Part shown: positions 35,275 through 45,505 of the stretch, one piece after another
Layout of the letters: each line of letters starts with the position of its first letter
How positions within the stretch are numbered: the first letter of the stretch is position 1
NCBI GenBank assembly: GCA_018015315.1
Contig: GCA_018015315.1_3629.1
Origin: a phage
Strand: one strand, 5' to 3'
DNA: 64,000 nt
Translations under genes and position numbers: made by a program
Notes under the pieces: generated by a model
The model's input: only the letters and a program-made list of their open reading frames with translations
Databases searched by the model: none
What the model was told of the DNA's origin: nothing

Positions 35275-35289
35275 GAGAGGAGGTTATTT

Positions 35290-35553
35290 ATGGCAACAGA
35301 GTTAAAATTTGCATCAAACCGTAAAACTAAGAAGTATCTGTCCTCAGTAGCTCCAGGCACTGTGGTGATGTTTGTTGATGAACTTGGGGATGTGAATACA
35401 GCACTTGTTGTAAAATCACATCCTGCAAACATATATGTTGGGGTATTTGACCTGTTCAGAAAGGTGTTTGTAGAACTACCTCACAGTTTGGTTGTTACAG
35501 AAATGGATGCCTGCATAGAAATTCTTGGCGAAGTTATGGTGGAGGAACAATAA
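35290..35553 (+). CDS. paralog 1 of tandem small-gene array (87 aa)
   Basis: Shares GTVV...FDL...LP...VTE.D..I.ILGE pattern with next three genes; SD GAGGAGG. Confidence 0.55.
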   Translation: MATELKFASNRKTKKYLSSVAPGTVVMFVDELGDVNTALVVKSHPANIYVGVFDLFRKVFVELPHSLVVTEMDACIEILGEVMVEEQ

Positions 35554-35819
35554 TGGCTACTAGCATTGTATTCAATTCTAAGGTGAAGAACAAAAAGCGT
35601 GCAGACAGTTTTCCGTGTGGGACCGTGGTAAGTTGCGACGGAGACGGCATTCAAAACATAGTTATGATTGTCAAAACAGGAGAACATTGTGTGTGGGGGT
35701 TCGATTTAGAAAATAATGAGTTGTACGATCTGCCGCCAAACATGAAAGTTACAGAGCTTGACACCAAAATTACCATCCTTGGAGAGGCAAGCTATTCAAA
35801 AGAAGGAGGAGAACAATGA
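35553..35819 (+). CDS. paralog 2 of tandem small-gene array (88 aa)
   Basis: Pattern as paralog 1; start overlaps previous stop. Confidence 0.55.
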   Translation: MATSIVFNSKVKNKKRADSFPCGTVVSCDGDGIQNIVMIVKTGEHCVWGFDLENNELYDLPPNMKVTELDTKITILGEASYSKEGGEQ

Positions 35820-36079
35820 CCACAAAAATCACTATCGCAGAACCGAAAGCTAACACTCAACCTATCGAAAAGTTTAAGTGCGGTGAGGTGGTAACATTCA
35901 CACCAGATAATGAAGATGCTAAGATTTTCGCAATGGTCACAGCTGAGTGGATGTGTGACAACACCACACAGGTTCTGCGTTTTGACACCTATCTTACCGA
36001 CGAAATCAGGAACGACAAGATCGTGACTGGTGTGGATACTGAGATTGTTTTCTACAAGAGCTTTTTAGAGGGTTTCTGA
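35816..36079 (+). CDS. paralog 3 of tandem small-gene array (87 aa)
   Basis: Pattern as paralog 1; 4-nt overlap. Confidence 0.55.
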   Translation: MTTKITIAEPKANTQPIEKFKCGEVVTFTPDNEDAKIFAMVTAEWMCDNTTQVLRFDTYLTDEIRNDKIVTGVDTEIVFYKSFLEGF

Positions 36080-36080
36080 T

Positions 36081-36314
36081 ATGGCAAAAATTCGTAAATT
36101 ATCCAGCAATCAGGTTGTGAAAGACTTTGAATCTGGAGAGATTCTGTATGTTCGTGATGCAGATGACGAATGTGAAGATCTTGTTATGTTGGTGGGGCAC
36201 GCTGAGGACGGATGCATCCAAGCTGTTTTTCTTGAAACAGCTATGGTGCACTGGATAGAGCTGGACCTGAAAGCACGAAAACCTAAAGCAGAAATCCTGA
36301 TTTACGAAGATTAA
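36081..36314 (+). CDS. paralog 4 of tandem small-gene array (77 aa, more divergent)
   Basis: Weaker match to the paralog pattern. Confidence 0.5.
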   Translation: MAKIRKLSSNQVVKDFESGEILYVRDADDECEDLVMLVGHAEDGCIQAVFLETAMVHWIELDLKARKPKAEILIYED

Positions 36315-36330
36315 CAAAAAGGAGAGAGCC

Positions 36331-36780
36331 GTGTTGAGCAAACGTGAATGCGACAGCATTAGCCTGAATTCTTATAAGAAACAATGGTTTGGAGTGGAAG
36401 TTTGCCGACTGCGGCTAGGCTCCTACCTGAACTTCGTTTATTATGAAAGCGATAGTCGTATCGTTTCTTATGAAGTGTTCTACACTAAGAACACCTTCGA
36501 ACTGCGCCGTAAAGTGGATGGTGGGAGAACTACCCCCCAGAATAATTGGGAAACTATCCTACCTACAGATGTTATAGGAAGTCCACTGAATGTATCTGAA
36601 GATGAAAATCTTATGGTTCATGCTATGATGGGACTTGACAGCTTAGAGCTGGCGATCTATGATATGTCCATCGAAGCAGTTAAGCTGGACTACATCGAAA
36701 ACACTTTAGAGGAAGGTATCAAGAAGTTTCTCAGTGAGAAATTAAAAGACCACTTTCATAAGGAGCTATACCTGTTATGA
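36331..36780 (+). CDS. hypothetical protein (149 aa)
   Basis: ORF track; non-ATG start likely. Confidence 0.5.
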   Translation: MLSKRECDSISLNSYKKQWFGVEVCRLRLGSYLNFVYYESDSRIVSYEVFYTKNTFELRRKVDGGRTTPQNNWETILPTDVIGSPLNVSEDENLMVHAMMGLDSLELAIYDMSIEAVKLDYIENTLEEGIKKFLSEKLKDHFHKELYLL

Positions 36781-37022
36781 AGACCCGTAAAGAACGTAAC
36801 AAAATTTTACCTGGAGCTCTAGAACACCTGATGAAGTGCAGATCTATTTGGCACTCTGCCAAGGAAGGGCAGAAGGTGGTTGTGGTTAGTGACAATACCA
36901 ACCCGTTTGGAGATTATACCACTATGATGGCCCCGTATGTCCGTGATGGTGTTGTGGAAGTGGTCCCTTACAACGGTCTGCATGAACGGCACTTTGAAAG
37001 CACTTTGCTAGTGGAGCTATAG
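36777..37022 (+). CDS. hypothetical protein (81 aa)
   Basis: ORF track; 4-nt overlap. Confidence 0.45.
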   Translation: MKTRKERNKILPGALEHLMKCRSIWHSAKEGQKVVVVSDNTNPFGDYTTMMAPYVRDGVVEVVPYNGLHERHFESTLLVEL

Positions 37023-37024
37023 TC

Positions 37025-37591
37025 ATGGCGGTCAATGTGGCTTACAACACAGGAAAGCTTGACAGAGACATTGGGTGTCTTGTCCTTTCAGATACAGAAG
37101 AGTATTGGGGTTATGGGTTGCTGTCAGACCCACACCCGAGCAACCTTGTATCAACAGTGCTATACCGCTACGACCCTGTGCCAACGGTACACGACAAAGA
37201 CATTCACGACCTCCGGATCAAGTGTCTGGAAGATCTGCTGAACAATGGTTGCAACGATCTGCGGGTAGCCAAAGAGAAGCTTACAAACATTCACAAAGAG
37301 GAAGTGATGAGCACCCTCAGTAAGAGATCAGTGCACAAAAAGATGATGCTGAACTTTGCAATGGGTATCTACATGGACGGGTATAAGGGAGGTGATCCGA
37401 TTCTCAAGCTTCGCTGCCCAACACTGTGGGAAAGAGTGGTTGACAGTAAGGACGGTACTGCCCTGCTTGAGCTACACACTGCAGGTTGGATTTGGAGGTA
37501 TGTGGACGGATACCCTCTGTGGGCATGTGGACCTGGGGAATTTGTTGACAGACCTAGCGCGGTGGTGGACTTACTATTGCAGTTTGAATAA
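37025..37591 (+). CDS. hypothetical protein (188 aa)
   Basis: ORF track. Confidence 0.55.
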   Translation: MAVNVAYNTGKLDRDIGCLVLSDTEEYWGYGLLSDPHPSNLVSTVLYRYDPVPTVHDKDIHDLRIKCLEDLLNNGCNDLRVAKEKLTNIHKEEVMSTLSKRSVHKKMMLNFAMGIYMDGYKGGDPILKLRCPTLWERVVDSKDGTALLELHTAGWIWRYVDGYPLWACGPGEFVDRPSAVVDLLLQFE

Positions 37592-37648
37592 AAAGGTGAG
37601 TTATAAGGTATTCATACACCTACCAACAATACAACAGGAGAGACTGAG

Positions 37649-37924
37649 ATGACGAAAGAAGAGGCCGACGTATTAGATTTTGCACTAGAGGCTACGCAGG
37701 AGGCTTTGGTGTTAGCTTGGAAAATGAACCAGCGTGCTGCAGAATGCAACCGCCGCATCAATGAGATTCTGGGCATGTCCATGTATGATTTCACTATGCA
37801 TGCTGGAGAGATTCCTGAATTAACTGCAGAGATGAATGATCTTGACAATAAGATTAATATCATTCTGAAGACAGCAGAAACAACTCACCAAACCGCCCGT
37901 AAATTTATCAACGAGAAGGTGTGA
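37649..37924 (+). CDS. hypothetical protein (91 aa)
   Basis: ORF track. Confidence 0.45.
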   Translation: MTKEEADVLDFALEATQEALVLAWKMNQRAAECNRRINEILGMSMYDFTMHAGEIPELTAEMNDLDNKINIILKTAETTHQTARKFINEKV

Positions 37925-38400
37925 ATATGGACTACAGCTACTGCGGGGAAGAAGTTCCTTTTAACTACAGCAATCTTACCACGAGCAATCCATATGAGAC
38001 TCGCCACGGCACACACATCATTGCCATTGACTTTGATGGAACGTTTAATGCGAGCCCTTTCATCTTCTCCCGCCTGATCAGGGATCTGAAGAAGGAGAGG
38101 TGGACAGTCTACCTTGTGACTTCTCGGTTCATCACTCAAGACAACGTGGACATTGAATATTGGCGCAAGGAGCTTGATGTTGGGGTGTTTTATACTGGCG
38201 GTGTTCAGAAGGCAGCCTACCTGGCGCAGTTTGATATCTACCCAGATATCTGGATTGATGATTCTCCGGCATGTATTCCGGCTAAAAATCAGTTAGAGTT
38301 TGCAATGAAGGAGATTGAGTACAAGTCTGATGCTAAGCGGAACGGATGGCCCTTTATTATTGAAGATTACCCAGACCCTGAGCCGGAGAAAGAGCCATGA
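37921..38400 (+). CDS. HAD-superfamily phosphatase, possible nucleotidase
   Basis: HAD motif I IAIDFDGTF, motif II YLVTSR, motif IV WIDDSP. Confidence 0.6.
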   Translation: MNMDYSYCGEEVPFNYSNLTTSNPYETRHGTHIIAIDFDGTFNASPFIFSRLIRDLKKERWTVYLVTSRFITQDNVDIEYWRKELDVGVFYTGGVQKAAYLAQFDIYPDIWIDDSPACIPAKNQLEFAMKEIEYKSDAKRNGWPFIIEDYPDPEPEKEP

Positions 38401-38570
38401 AACGAAGATATCATTACCTGATGTGGAAGTTATATCATGGTGCTGCTAAAGCTTACCGCACCGTGTTTAGCAATGACAATCACTGCATTATGTTACACCT
38501 TACCGCCATTAAACATCACAATGAGTGGATTCGTGCAATCGTGATAGGTGACAAAGACTTTAAGTAAGGT
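38397..38570 (+). CDS. hypothetical small protein (57 aa)
   Basis: Hand-translated MKRRYHYLMWKLYHGAAKAYRTVFSNDNHCIMLHLTAIKHHNEWIRAIVIGDKDFK; ATGA overlap with HAD gene stop. Confidence 0.35.
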
Positions 38571-38618
38571 ATGCCTCAAAAACGTAATAGTGTGGCTTTC
38601 TAGATGGAGACTGACTAA

Positions 38619-38999
38619 ATGTGCAAGTGTAAATCATATAATTGGAAAGTGAAAGGTGCCAAGCATCCAAATGTTATCGTTGATGTGCCTAAAAAGCTCC
38701 GTGACGGCAAAAAACGTGTGTGCCTTGATAAGTGCATGGCTAAACCTATCATGAGTCTATGGGCGGCAGGATTGAAAACTCTAAACTGCTGCTGTGGTCA
38801 TAACAAAGATGTTCCAAGCATCATTATCCCAGAAGATGCAGATCCTAAAGCTTATGCCAAAATACTGACCCGCTATCCCAGCACCTTCCTGATCGGAAAA
38901 TGGTGTCACGATGAACTTCAATGGTGGATAGCCTATGGTAGTATAGGCACTACTTTTGGCTTCCCAGCTTTGTCAGAGCGCTATGTCAAAGTGTCATAA
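38619..38999 (+). CDS. Cys-rich protein (126 aa)
   Basis: ORF track; Cys clusters CKCKS, CLDKC, NCCCGH. Confidence 0.5.
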   Translation: MCKCKSYNWKVKGAKHPNVIVDVPKKLRDGKKRVCLDKCMAKPIMSLWAAGLKTLNCCCGHNKDVPSIIIPEDADPKAYAKILTRYPSTFLIGKWCHDELQWWIAYGSIGTTFGFPALSERYVKVS

Positions 39000-39103
39000 T
39001 AGAATTTAAGGCCTCAAACGAGGCCTGTGCCTTCATAAATTGCCCCACCCTATGTGATTGCCTTCCTGAAACAAACACCCTCTTAAATCGCTTAAAATTA
39101 AGC

Positions 39104-39132
39104 TTGACATCAACGCAGAATTTTTATATGAT
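39104..39132 (+). promoter_or_regulatory. sigma70-type promoter
   Basis: -35 TTGACA, 17-nt spacer, -10 TATGAT; SD GAGGAG and ATG 39163 downstream. Confidence 0.5.
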
Positions 39133-39162
39133 TATCCCACCAACCAAGCAGAGGAGACTGTC

Positions 39163-39570
39163 ATGGATAATCTTACAAATATAAAAGTCGAAATTGTTAA
39201 GCTAAAATTCTTAGGCTTTCGAGACCCCAGCTCTATAACAGCTATAATCATGGATACCCATTTTACAGCAGGCAAGGAATACACTGCCGTCCGTTATACT
39301 TGCGGGGATCATAAATCTGCCTACAGTGTTAATACAAACCTCGGTGAGGGATATTTTATCCGTGATATTACGGATCATTTGTGGGGAATGTGGGAGTTGG
39401 TGAAGGAAGAGGGTAACTCACTCCCCAAAGAGATTTGGGTGCATACCTTCCACACAGGTAAGTTTGGAGGCACGGAACATAAATCTATTCACTACGATGA
39501 AGAAAGCGCCCTCAAGCAACAAGCTGTTCTTGGCGGGTCTGTAGAAAAATTTATTAAATGCGAGGACTGA
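39163..39570 (+). CDS. hypothetical protein (135 aa)
   Basis: ORF track; promoter 39104-39132 and SD GAGGAG upstream. Confidence 0.55.
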   Translation: MDNLTNIKVEIVKLKFLGFRDPSSITAIIMDTHFTAGKEYTAVRYTCGDHKSAYSVNTNLGEGYFIRDITDHLWGMWELVKEEGNSLPKEIWVHTFHTGKFGGTEHKSIHYDEESALKQQAVLGGSVEKFIKCED

Positions 39571-39573
39571 TAA

Positions 39574-39774
39574 ATGGCTGATTTTTGTAAAGACTGTTCT
39601 GAAGAGTTGTTTGGTCACGATTGCGGAGATCTGGAAGGACTAATCACAGAAGATCAGTGGAAGGAAGGTTATGCAGCACCTGTTATCTGCGAAGGTTGCG
39701 GCTATATCTACGTTGACCACAAAGGTAAACGCGTCCAGCCGTCTGAAGATGGGTCGTGTTGGGAATATTATTAA
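39574..39774 (+). CDS. zinc-ribbon-like small protein (66 aa)
   Basis: CKDC...CEGC Cys pairs; followed by bidirectional terminator. Confidence 0.45.
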   Translation: MADFCKDCSEELFGHDCGDLEGLITEDQWKEGYAAPVICEGCGYIYVDHKGKRVQPSEDGSCWEYY

Positions 39775-39775
39775 T

Positions 39776-39812
39776 TATAAAAAGAAAGGGGCCGTTTGGC
39801 CCCTTTTTATTT
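39776..39812. terminator. bidirectional terminator between convergent blocks
   Basis: Stem GGGGCC/GGCCCC with GTTT loop, A-run before and TTTTTATTT after; between plus gene end 39774 and minus gene end 39821. Confidence 0.65.
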
Positions 39813-39820
39813 ACCCTCCG

Positions 39821-42800
39821 TTAACGAGAGAAAGTTGCATAAGCTTCAAGATCATACTGCTGATCACCAGGAAGCATGGCACCTATGGAGCCAAACCCCA
39901 TGACCCTGCCTTCTACTGCCAACTGCAGTCTGAACCCTACCCATCCGGAACTTCTTGCAGCCTCGATGTTATCGCTATACCCGAAAGTAGCAAGCTCGTC
40001 AACTCCAGATCCGAACAGCAACTGGATCTGATTTCTCGGAAGCCCTATAATTTCAGGAATATATGCTCCGAAGTACACCATTTGCCCTACTTTAGGACCG
40101 CTGCCATACTCCATCGGTCTGCTTGCAGAGAAAGTCTTCATTCCTGAAGTCCCTGCCGGATTTGGGTATGCCCCGTTTGTTGCTCTGCCTATCCACATTC
40201 TCCACTGTGGTGTCATCTGTTTGACAGTGAAAGATGTTGAAGACGTCTTGCGGCCTGCATCATCCGTAACTACAAACGTTATGTTGACATTACCGGGCGC
40301 TTTAAATGTTACCAGTCCTGTGTTAGCATCAACAGTTGCTATGCCAGTATTACTACTTTCCCAAGTCTTTCTGATCCCTGTTACGTTGGAAGGGGTGATA
40401 GAGGGTTCCTGCATCTGCAGTTTACCGCCAACAATACCTATGCCATTGCCAGGGTTATACAACACCCCAACCTCATCTACAATATTCCCAGCCTTGAGGC
40501 TGTATTTTCTTGAGAAGTTGTAGGTTCCGTTATAAGTATGTGTCCCTGAGAATGTGACATCGGCCTTGCCGTGGGAGATGCAAACCAAAGCATACTTCCT
40601 GTCAGGCAATGTAGCCCCGGTCTCTGGGTGAGTTTTACCCACTTGGAACACGCCAGGATCGGTAGAGTCGTGGCTATCCCTGATAGAGCTTGGACCACCC
40701 ATTAACTGAGACAAGCAATCCCTTACCCACGTCCAGTTATTATCACTGGAGAAGTCAACAGTCAAATCAAACACAACCCACTCGTTAGGCTTCCAAACAG
40801 GTGTTGTAATAGACTTGCCTACGCCACCACCCTGAAGGGTAGATGACTGCTCAGTGATCAATGCTGCATAAGCCAAAGTCCCTAAACGCAAGGTCTGGCT
40901 TGCGGTTCTCACCACCTTAGAATCGGCATCTGTGAAGTTGTTGATAACCTGGAAGGTGCCATAAGTGTTTTTACAGGTGATTCTTGCATTCAGTGTGTCA
41001 ATCTTTCTCACATCTGCCATGGCAGTGTTAGACACAGAGAAGTCAGAAGCTTTGGCTGAGTTTGCTGCAACAACCGGAACAACGTTAAGAGTTGCGTTGA
41101 ACTGGCAAGCAGGAGTAACCAGCAGCCTGTTATCACCTATTTGCTTCCATGAAACACTTTGAACAGGTAGATTCCATTTGATACCTGAGAAAACTTTAGC
41201 AACCCTTGGTCCCAGAGCTCCAGTCCTGTTGTCTTTACAACACATAGACATGGTGATCGTTGACGGAGTGGCCTGACCAAACAATTGCTGTGCTTTTGCA
41301 GAAGACATGGTGTAGAAATTGTCCTTAACAAACTCATCAGCTGCTAACGATCCGTCAGATTTCCACCACTGCACCTGATACCCTGTCTTATCCCAGCCCC
41401 CAACCTGCTTCAAGTCTTCCCAAGAGATTTCCAGATCTCCCGTGGTAGGATTGATTGCAGCAGTCCCTGGTGTGCCGGATGACCACAATGGAATATCGAA
41501 CCACGCTGGTTTAACAGATTGCACTGCGTTAGGACCTATTGCAGCAGCAAGTTGTTGGCCCATCAATACGCGAGCATCTTTTACCAGACCCCACTCAATC
41601 ATGGATCCAGAGTAACCTTCTTTCTTGTAGGCCGAGGATCCGTTTAAGTGGATAAGTCTGCTTGTGCCGAAGTTATACGCTCCACCACCGTTGTCGTCTG
41701 CAAAGTTGTACACAATTCTATCCCTGGTGTCTTTCCACGCTCTACCACCTATTTCATAGTTGTGGTCATAGCAACGTTGCAGTGTTGTCCAGCAAATGAT
41801 AGCCATCCTTCTGCCATTGCTGAAGCCGAAGGCATTATCGTTAAGCTCTCTCCACAAATAGCAGTTGGTAGTCCACATGGCTCTGTGGATGTTAAACCAG
41901 TTGACAGATCTTGCAGCATTGTTGTAGTCGGTTCCCTCTAGAGTAGGCCACACTGCATTAACCAGCATGTCTTCTGTCCCCGCATCCATCAGGAATCCTC
42001 TTACCTTTTTACCCATTCCTACTCTGTCTTTAGCAATCCAGCTGCCAAACAGTCTCAGTTTGGGGCCAATAACAGTTTCCTCCGGATGCTCAAGAGAAAC
42101 ATATTTCAAGTGTACTGTAGGATCACCATAGGTGCCATCGCAGACACTTTTGTGCATGTTTTCACCAAGGTCCAGACGAATACCTGTAAGAGTTTTTGTG
42201 TTGTCTGTGAGTTTGTCTGTCAAGTCAAACTCATACCACCACCATCCAGCACCTAACAATACCTTCTTACAACGCTGTGCATCTGTATCAGATATTCTCT
42301 TATCCCCTGCAAAAGGCGAATCTGCAAATTGGTAGTGCAGAGCAATTTCAAACGGGTGTGTTGATGTTCCGTTTTCAGCAGGAACTTGCTTACCTATCAG
42401 GTCGCACTTAATGATCATCACGACACGTCTGTATCCATTGGCTACCGGAACGTCGAACGGATACTTCTCTCCGTTCATATTTGCATGGACAGACGAGAAG
42501 ACTATATACGGGTCAACAGCATTACCCAGGGTTTCAGGACCAGGGATCATTTTGTATTTCTTGACTTGCCCCATAATATAGTCGCTGCCATAGGTTGCAG
42601 CCTCGAAGCAAGATCCCCCGTTAGGTAGTTCCCCCGGACCCCAGAAAAATGCGCCATAACAGTTATAAAACCACTTGTTAGGGTCGTATTTGTTCTTGAA
42701 GGTCTGAACCTCGTTGGCCTGTTTTGTCAAGAAAACCTGCGTATCTGTGAAGATTGCAGGGTTTACTCTCGCCTGACGCGGAGGGTAACCTGTAGTCTGG

Positions 42801-45457
42801 TTAAACCACTGATTACAAGAGATATCTCTCATATAGTCATAATCGGAATATTTGTTTGCATCTTCGTTCCAACACAGGTTCAGGTTGGTGCCGCCCATGC
42901 ACACAATATATTCTGTGACATATTTATCACTTCTGGTTGGGATTCCTATGAACCATCTGTTAACAGGCTCGTCCCAAGCTGTCCGCTCATCTTTAACGCA
43001 GATAGCGATCCAGTCATGTGTTCCTGTTTTCTTGCACACATCGCGCTTCATACCATAATAAAACTCTTTAGTATTTGGCTCAGGTGCATTTATCAGGTAA
43101 CTCCACGCCTGATTTGCATAGGTTCCATTGGTGCGAGGATCATGGTCAAAGGCATACATGATGATCCTTTCTCCACCAAGATGTTCACCGAGGGTAACTT
43201 TGATGTTTACATCACCGTAACCGTTACGAACTATATCCATATTGTCAATAGAGATGCCTCTAGGGGTGTAGGCAATTTTCAGAGAACTATCTTCACTGGT
43301 ACCACCCAGAGTAATACCTATATTGTTTGTTGTTCCATCAACATATTTTACTGTAGCTTCCCAACGTATCCCGAAATACCCTGCGTTGTGGCTAACAACT
43401 TTCAGTGTGCGAGCACCTGGGTGAGGCTTACCAGGATCAGGCCATGGATCAGCATGCTCGTGCACTGTTAACGATGTTCCGTTCTGCTCGTTAACCTGCA
43501 GCATCTTCCCGCCTTTGCCGTTAGGGTTGAACTCCCACAAGGCTTGTGTTTTCACAAGATTGTCATAGATACTGCGTCTCTGGTCGTAGATCTCCTGGGT
43601 CACATCATACGTGGTAGATCCGGCATCTTGCCTGTGAAGCCTAACCATATATGCTGTATCGCTTTCTGGAGCAGGCTGAGAGCCGTTAAGCCCAAAGTAT
43701 ACAGTATCGTTTACATGGAACTGTTTCTTCCTGCCAACAGTGTGCCATTTGCCGTCTGACGGATATGCAGGAACTATAATGTTCCAGTTTAAGTTTCGTG
43801 TGGTGTGGGTTCTTCCAGCGCCATGTTTATCATGATAGGTGATCTTGACAGAATACAGACCGCGTCTGTTGATGTTACGGTTATGCTGGGTAACCACAAT
43901 CTCGTTAGCACCGCCATGGTTCCAGTTAGTAGAGAACTGATAGTTTGCATCTGTAACAACAGTACCTGCAGCGTTCACGAGCTCAATCTTGTCAATAATG
44001 AACGTAGCACCCTCCGGTTGAGGTTTCAACTTCATTTTGACAGTGTCGCCAATGTATATATTGCTAACACTGCTTACACCATTGACATCAAAGATGTCTT
44101 CGATACTCCAGCTATCTACCGGAACATTTTTATACCAATTCTCAGGAATCTCTGTGAACCCTTGGCTGTTAAGTCTGCCGCCGAACAGGTTATTAGATCC
44201 TGAAAAACTACCACGTGGTATTCCTGACCACCAAAGCTTTCCATTTACCACACAGAATGTGCCTAAGAAACCTTCCCTGTGGATCCCTTGAAAATAAACG
44301 CTTTCTGTCCAGCTTACTGGCTCTGTCTGTTCAACAAACTTAGCTGTTGCCAGCGCTCTGTAATGAATAAAATTGGCCCTAGGATTATTATTAGCAGATT
44401 GAGCACCAATATCGTTACACAGGTTTCTGGAGAAACCACGGTACTGTTTTGTACCATTATTGAAGAAAATTCCACTAGTCCCGTACCCGCGAGCCATAAT
44501 TACTTCATGGGTATAGGTGATGTTAAGGCTTCTCCACGTGTCGTCACCCCAAACATCCTGACCATAAAACACATTAACAAGTTGTTGGTCATCAGGTTTG
44601 TGCATCCTTTCTGTGGCTATAATTGCCCCGTTAGGACCACACATAAACCCTTTCCACTCCTCATCTGCAGGAATGCCTCTCAAATCGTTACGAGTAATCT
44701 GCACAGGAGGCCAAACAAGGTCGTTTCTATTGTTATTTCTCAGAAAGTCGTATCCAGCAATCCAGAAACCTCTAGGACCACCGAAAATAACAGAGTTGTC
44801 ATGCACCTCGCAGTTGATGCTTGGGTTTTTCCAAGGTCCTGTTTCAGGATTTTCCGATGTCTCACCAATCTTTACAGGGGTTGCATGCTGATTTTTATCT
44901 ACATGCAAAGATCCGTAGGTGTTGTTACCAGATCCATATAGGTTAAGTATGCCAGTGCCTTCTGCCTCTGCAATAACCCAGACAGTGTTGTTAATACCAC
45001 CCATCACCTCAATAAGGCGCTCTGGGTGGGTGTCAAGGTGCAACCCTTTAACAATCTGTTCCGGAAGAGGTGTCCACTCGTTTACGCAAACATCATTACC
45101 GCCTGCCGCAGTGGATCCGATAAGACCTGCAGTGCAGCCGATGTAGAAAAACTGGTTATCAAAAGTCCGGATCACAAACGCACGGTCTGCTCTCCACACA
45201 TGATCAACATTCCAGGCTGTTTCGCTTGGGTAGTTTATAGGGTTACGATCCCCAGTGCGACACTCCCCGAACTTGTTATAGCCCGTAATATTAAGCTGAC
45301 CATCATCAAAAAGTATAGCTAAGCTATTTACATAGGATACTGTGTTGCTTGTACCATCACTGTTGTCTATTGGGTATGACAGAACAGCAAGTTCCTTAAT
45401 TCCACCCCTCTTATCGAGGAAATGACGACCAAGTTTTAGCAAAGGGATTGGAAGCAT
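39821..45457 (-). CDS. giant tail fibre / adhesin-like structural protein (1878 aa) with Ig-like Big_2-type domain
   Basis: Uninterrupted 5.6-kb ORF; Gly/Asn/Thr/Ser-rich fibre composition; segment ESSNTGIATVDANTGLVTFKAPGNVNITFVVTDDAGRK resembles Big_2. Confidence 0.8.
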   Translation of the reverse strand: MLPIPLLKLGRHFLDKRGGIKELAVLSYPIDNSDGTSNTVSYVNSLAILFDDGQLNITGYNKFGECRTGDRNPINYPSETAWNVDHVWRADRAFVIRTFDNQFFYIGCTAGLIGSTAAGGNDVCVNEWTPLPEQIVKGLHLDTHPERLIEVMGGINNTVWVIAEAEGTGILNLYGSGNNTYGSLHVDKNQHATPVKIGETSENPETGPWKNPSINCEVHDNSVIFGGPRGFWIAGYDFLRNNNRNDLVWPPVQITRNDLRGIPADEEWKGFMCGPNGAIIATERMHKPDDQQLVNVFYGQDVWGDDTWRSLNITYTHEVIMARGYGTSGIFFNNGTKQYRGFSRNLCNDIGAQSANNNPRANFIHYRALATAKFVEQTEPVSWTESVYFQGIHREGFLGTFCVVNGKLWWSGIPRGSFSGSNNLFGGRLNSQGFTEIPENWYKNVPVDSWSIEDIFDVNGVSSVSNIYIGDTVKMKLKPQPEGATFIIDKIELVNAAGTVVTDANYQFSTNWNHGGANEIVVTQHNRNINRRGLYSVKITYHDKHGAGRTHTTRNLNWNIIVPAYPSDGKWHTVGRKKQFHVNDTVYFGLNGSQPAPESDTAYMVRLHRQDAGSTTYDVTQEIYDQRRSIYDNLVKTQALWEFNPNGKGGKMLQVNEQNGTSLTVHEHADPWPDPGKPHPGARTLKVVSHNAGYFGIRWEATVKYVDGTTNNIGITLGGTSEDSSLKIAYTPRGISIDNMDIVRNGYGDVNIKVTLGEHLGGERIIMYAFDHDPRTNGTYANQAWSYLINAPEPNTKEFYYGMKRDVCKKTGTHDWIAICVKDERTAWDEPVNRWFIGIPTRSDKYVTEYIVCMGGTNLNLCWNEDANKYSDYDYMRDISCNQWFNQTTGYPPRQARVNPAIFTDTQVFLTKQANEVQTFKNKYDPNKWFYNCYGAFFWGPGELPNGGSCFEAATYGSDYIMGQVKKYKMIPGPETLGNAVDPYIVFSSVHANMNGEKYPFDVPVANGYRRVVMIIKCDLIGKQVPAENGTSTHPFEIALHYQFADSPFAGDKRISDTDAQRCKKVLLGAGWWWYEFDLTDKLTDNTKTLTGIRLDLGENMHKSVCDGTYGDPTVHLKYVSLEHPEETVIGPKLRLFGSWIAKDRVGMGKKVRGFLMDAGTEDMLVNAVWPTLEGTDYNNAARSVNWFNIHRAMWTTNCYLWRELNDNAFGFSNGRRMAIICWTTLQRCYDHNYEIGGRAWKDTRDRIVYNFADDNGGGAYNFGTSRLIHLNGSSAYKKEGYSGSMIEWGLVKDARVLMGQQLAAAIGPNAVQSVKPAWFDIPLWSSGTPGTAAINPTTGDLEISWEDLKQVGGWDKTGYQVQWWKSDGSLAADEFVKDNFYTMSSAKAQQLFGQATPSTITMSMCCKDNRTGALGPRVAKVFSGIKWNLPVQSVSWKQIGDNRLLVTPACQFNATLNVVPVVAANSAKASDFSVSNTAMADVRKIDTLNARITCKNTYGTFQVINNFTDADSKVVRTASQTLRLGTLAYAALITEQSSTLQGGGVGKSITTPVWKPNEWVVFDLTVDFSSDNNWTWVRDCLSQLMGGPSSIRDSHDSTDPGVFQVGKTHPETGATLPDRKYALVCISHGKADVTFSGTHTYNGTYNFSRKYSLKAGNIVDEVGVLYNPGNGIGIVGGKLQMQEPSITPSNVTGIRKTWESSNTGIATVDANTGLVTFKAPGNVNITFVVTDDAGRKTSSTSFTVKQMTPQWRMWIGRATNGAYPNPAGTSGMKTFSASRPMEYGSGPKVGQMVYFGAYIPEIIGLPRNQIQLLFGSGVDELATFGYSDNIEAARSSGWVGFRLQLAVEGRVMGFGSIGAMLPGDQQYDLEAYATFSR

Positions 45458-45465
45458 TGTGTTCT

Positions 45466-45498
45466 CCAGATAAGAAAACCGCCCCGTCAGGAGCGGTT
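45466..45498 (-). terminator. possible terminator/attenuator between fibre genes
   Basis: Stem AACCGC/GCGGUU with 10-nt loop then UUCUUAUC. Confidence 0.4.
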
Positions 45499-45505
45499 AG
45501 ATATA

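Noticed and set aside
44279-44941. 220-aa plus ORF inside the giant fibre gene
   Set aside because: Antisense to a 5.6-kb continuous ORF; no signals.
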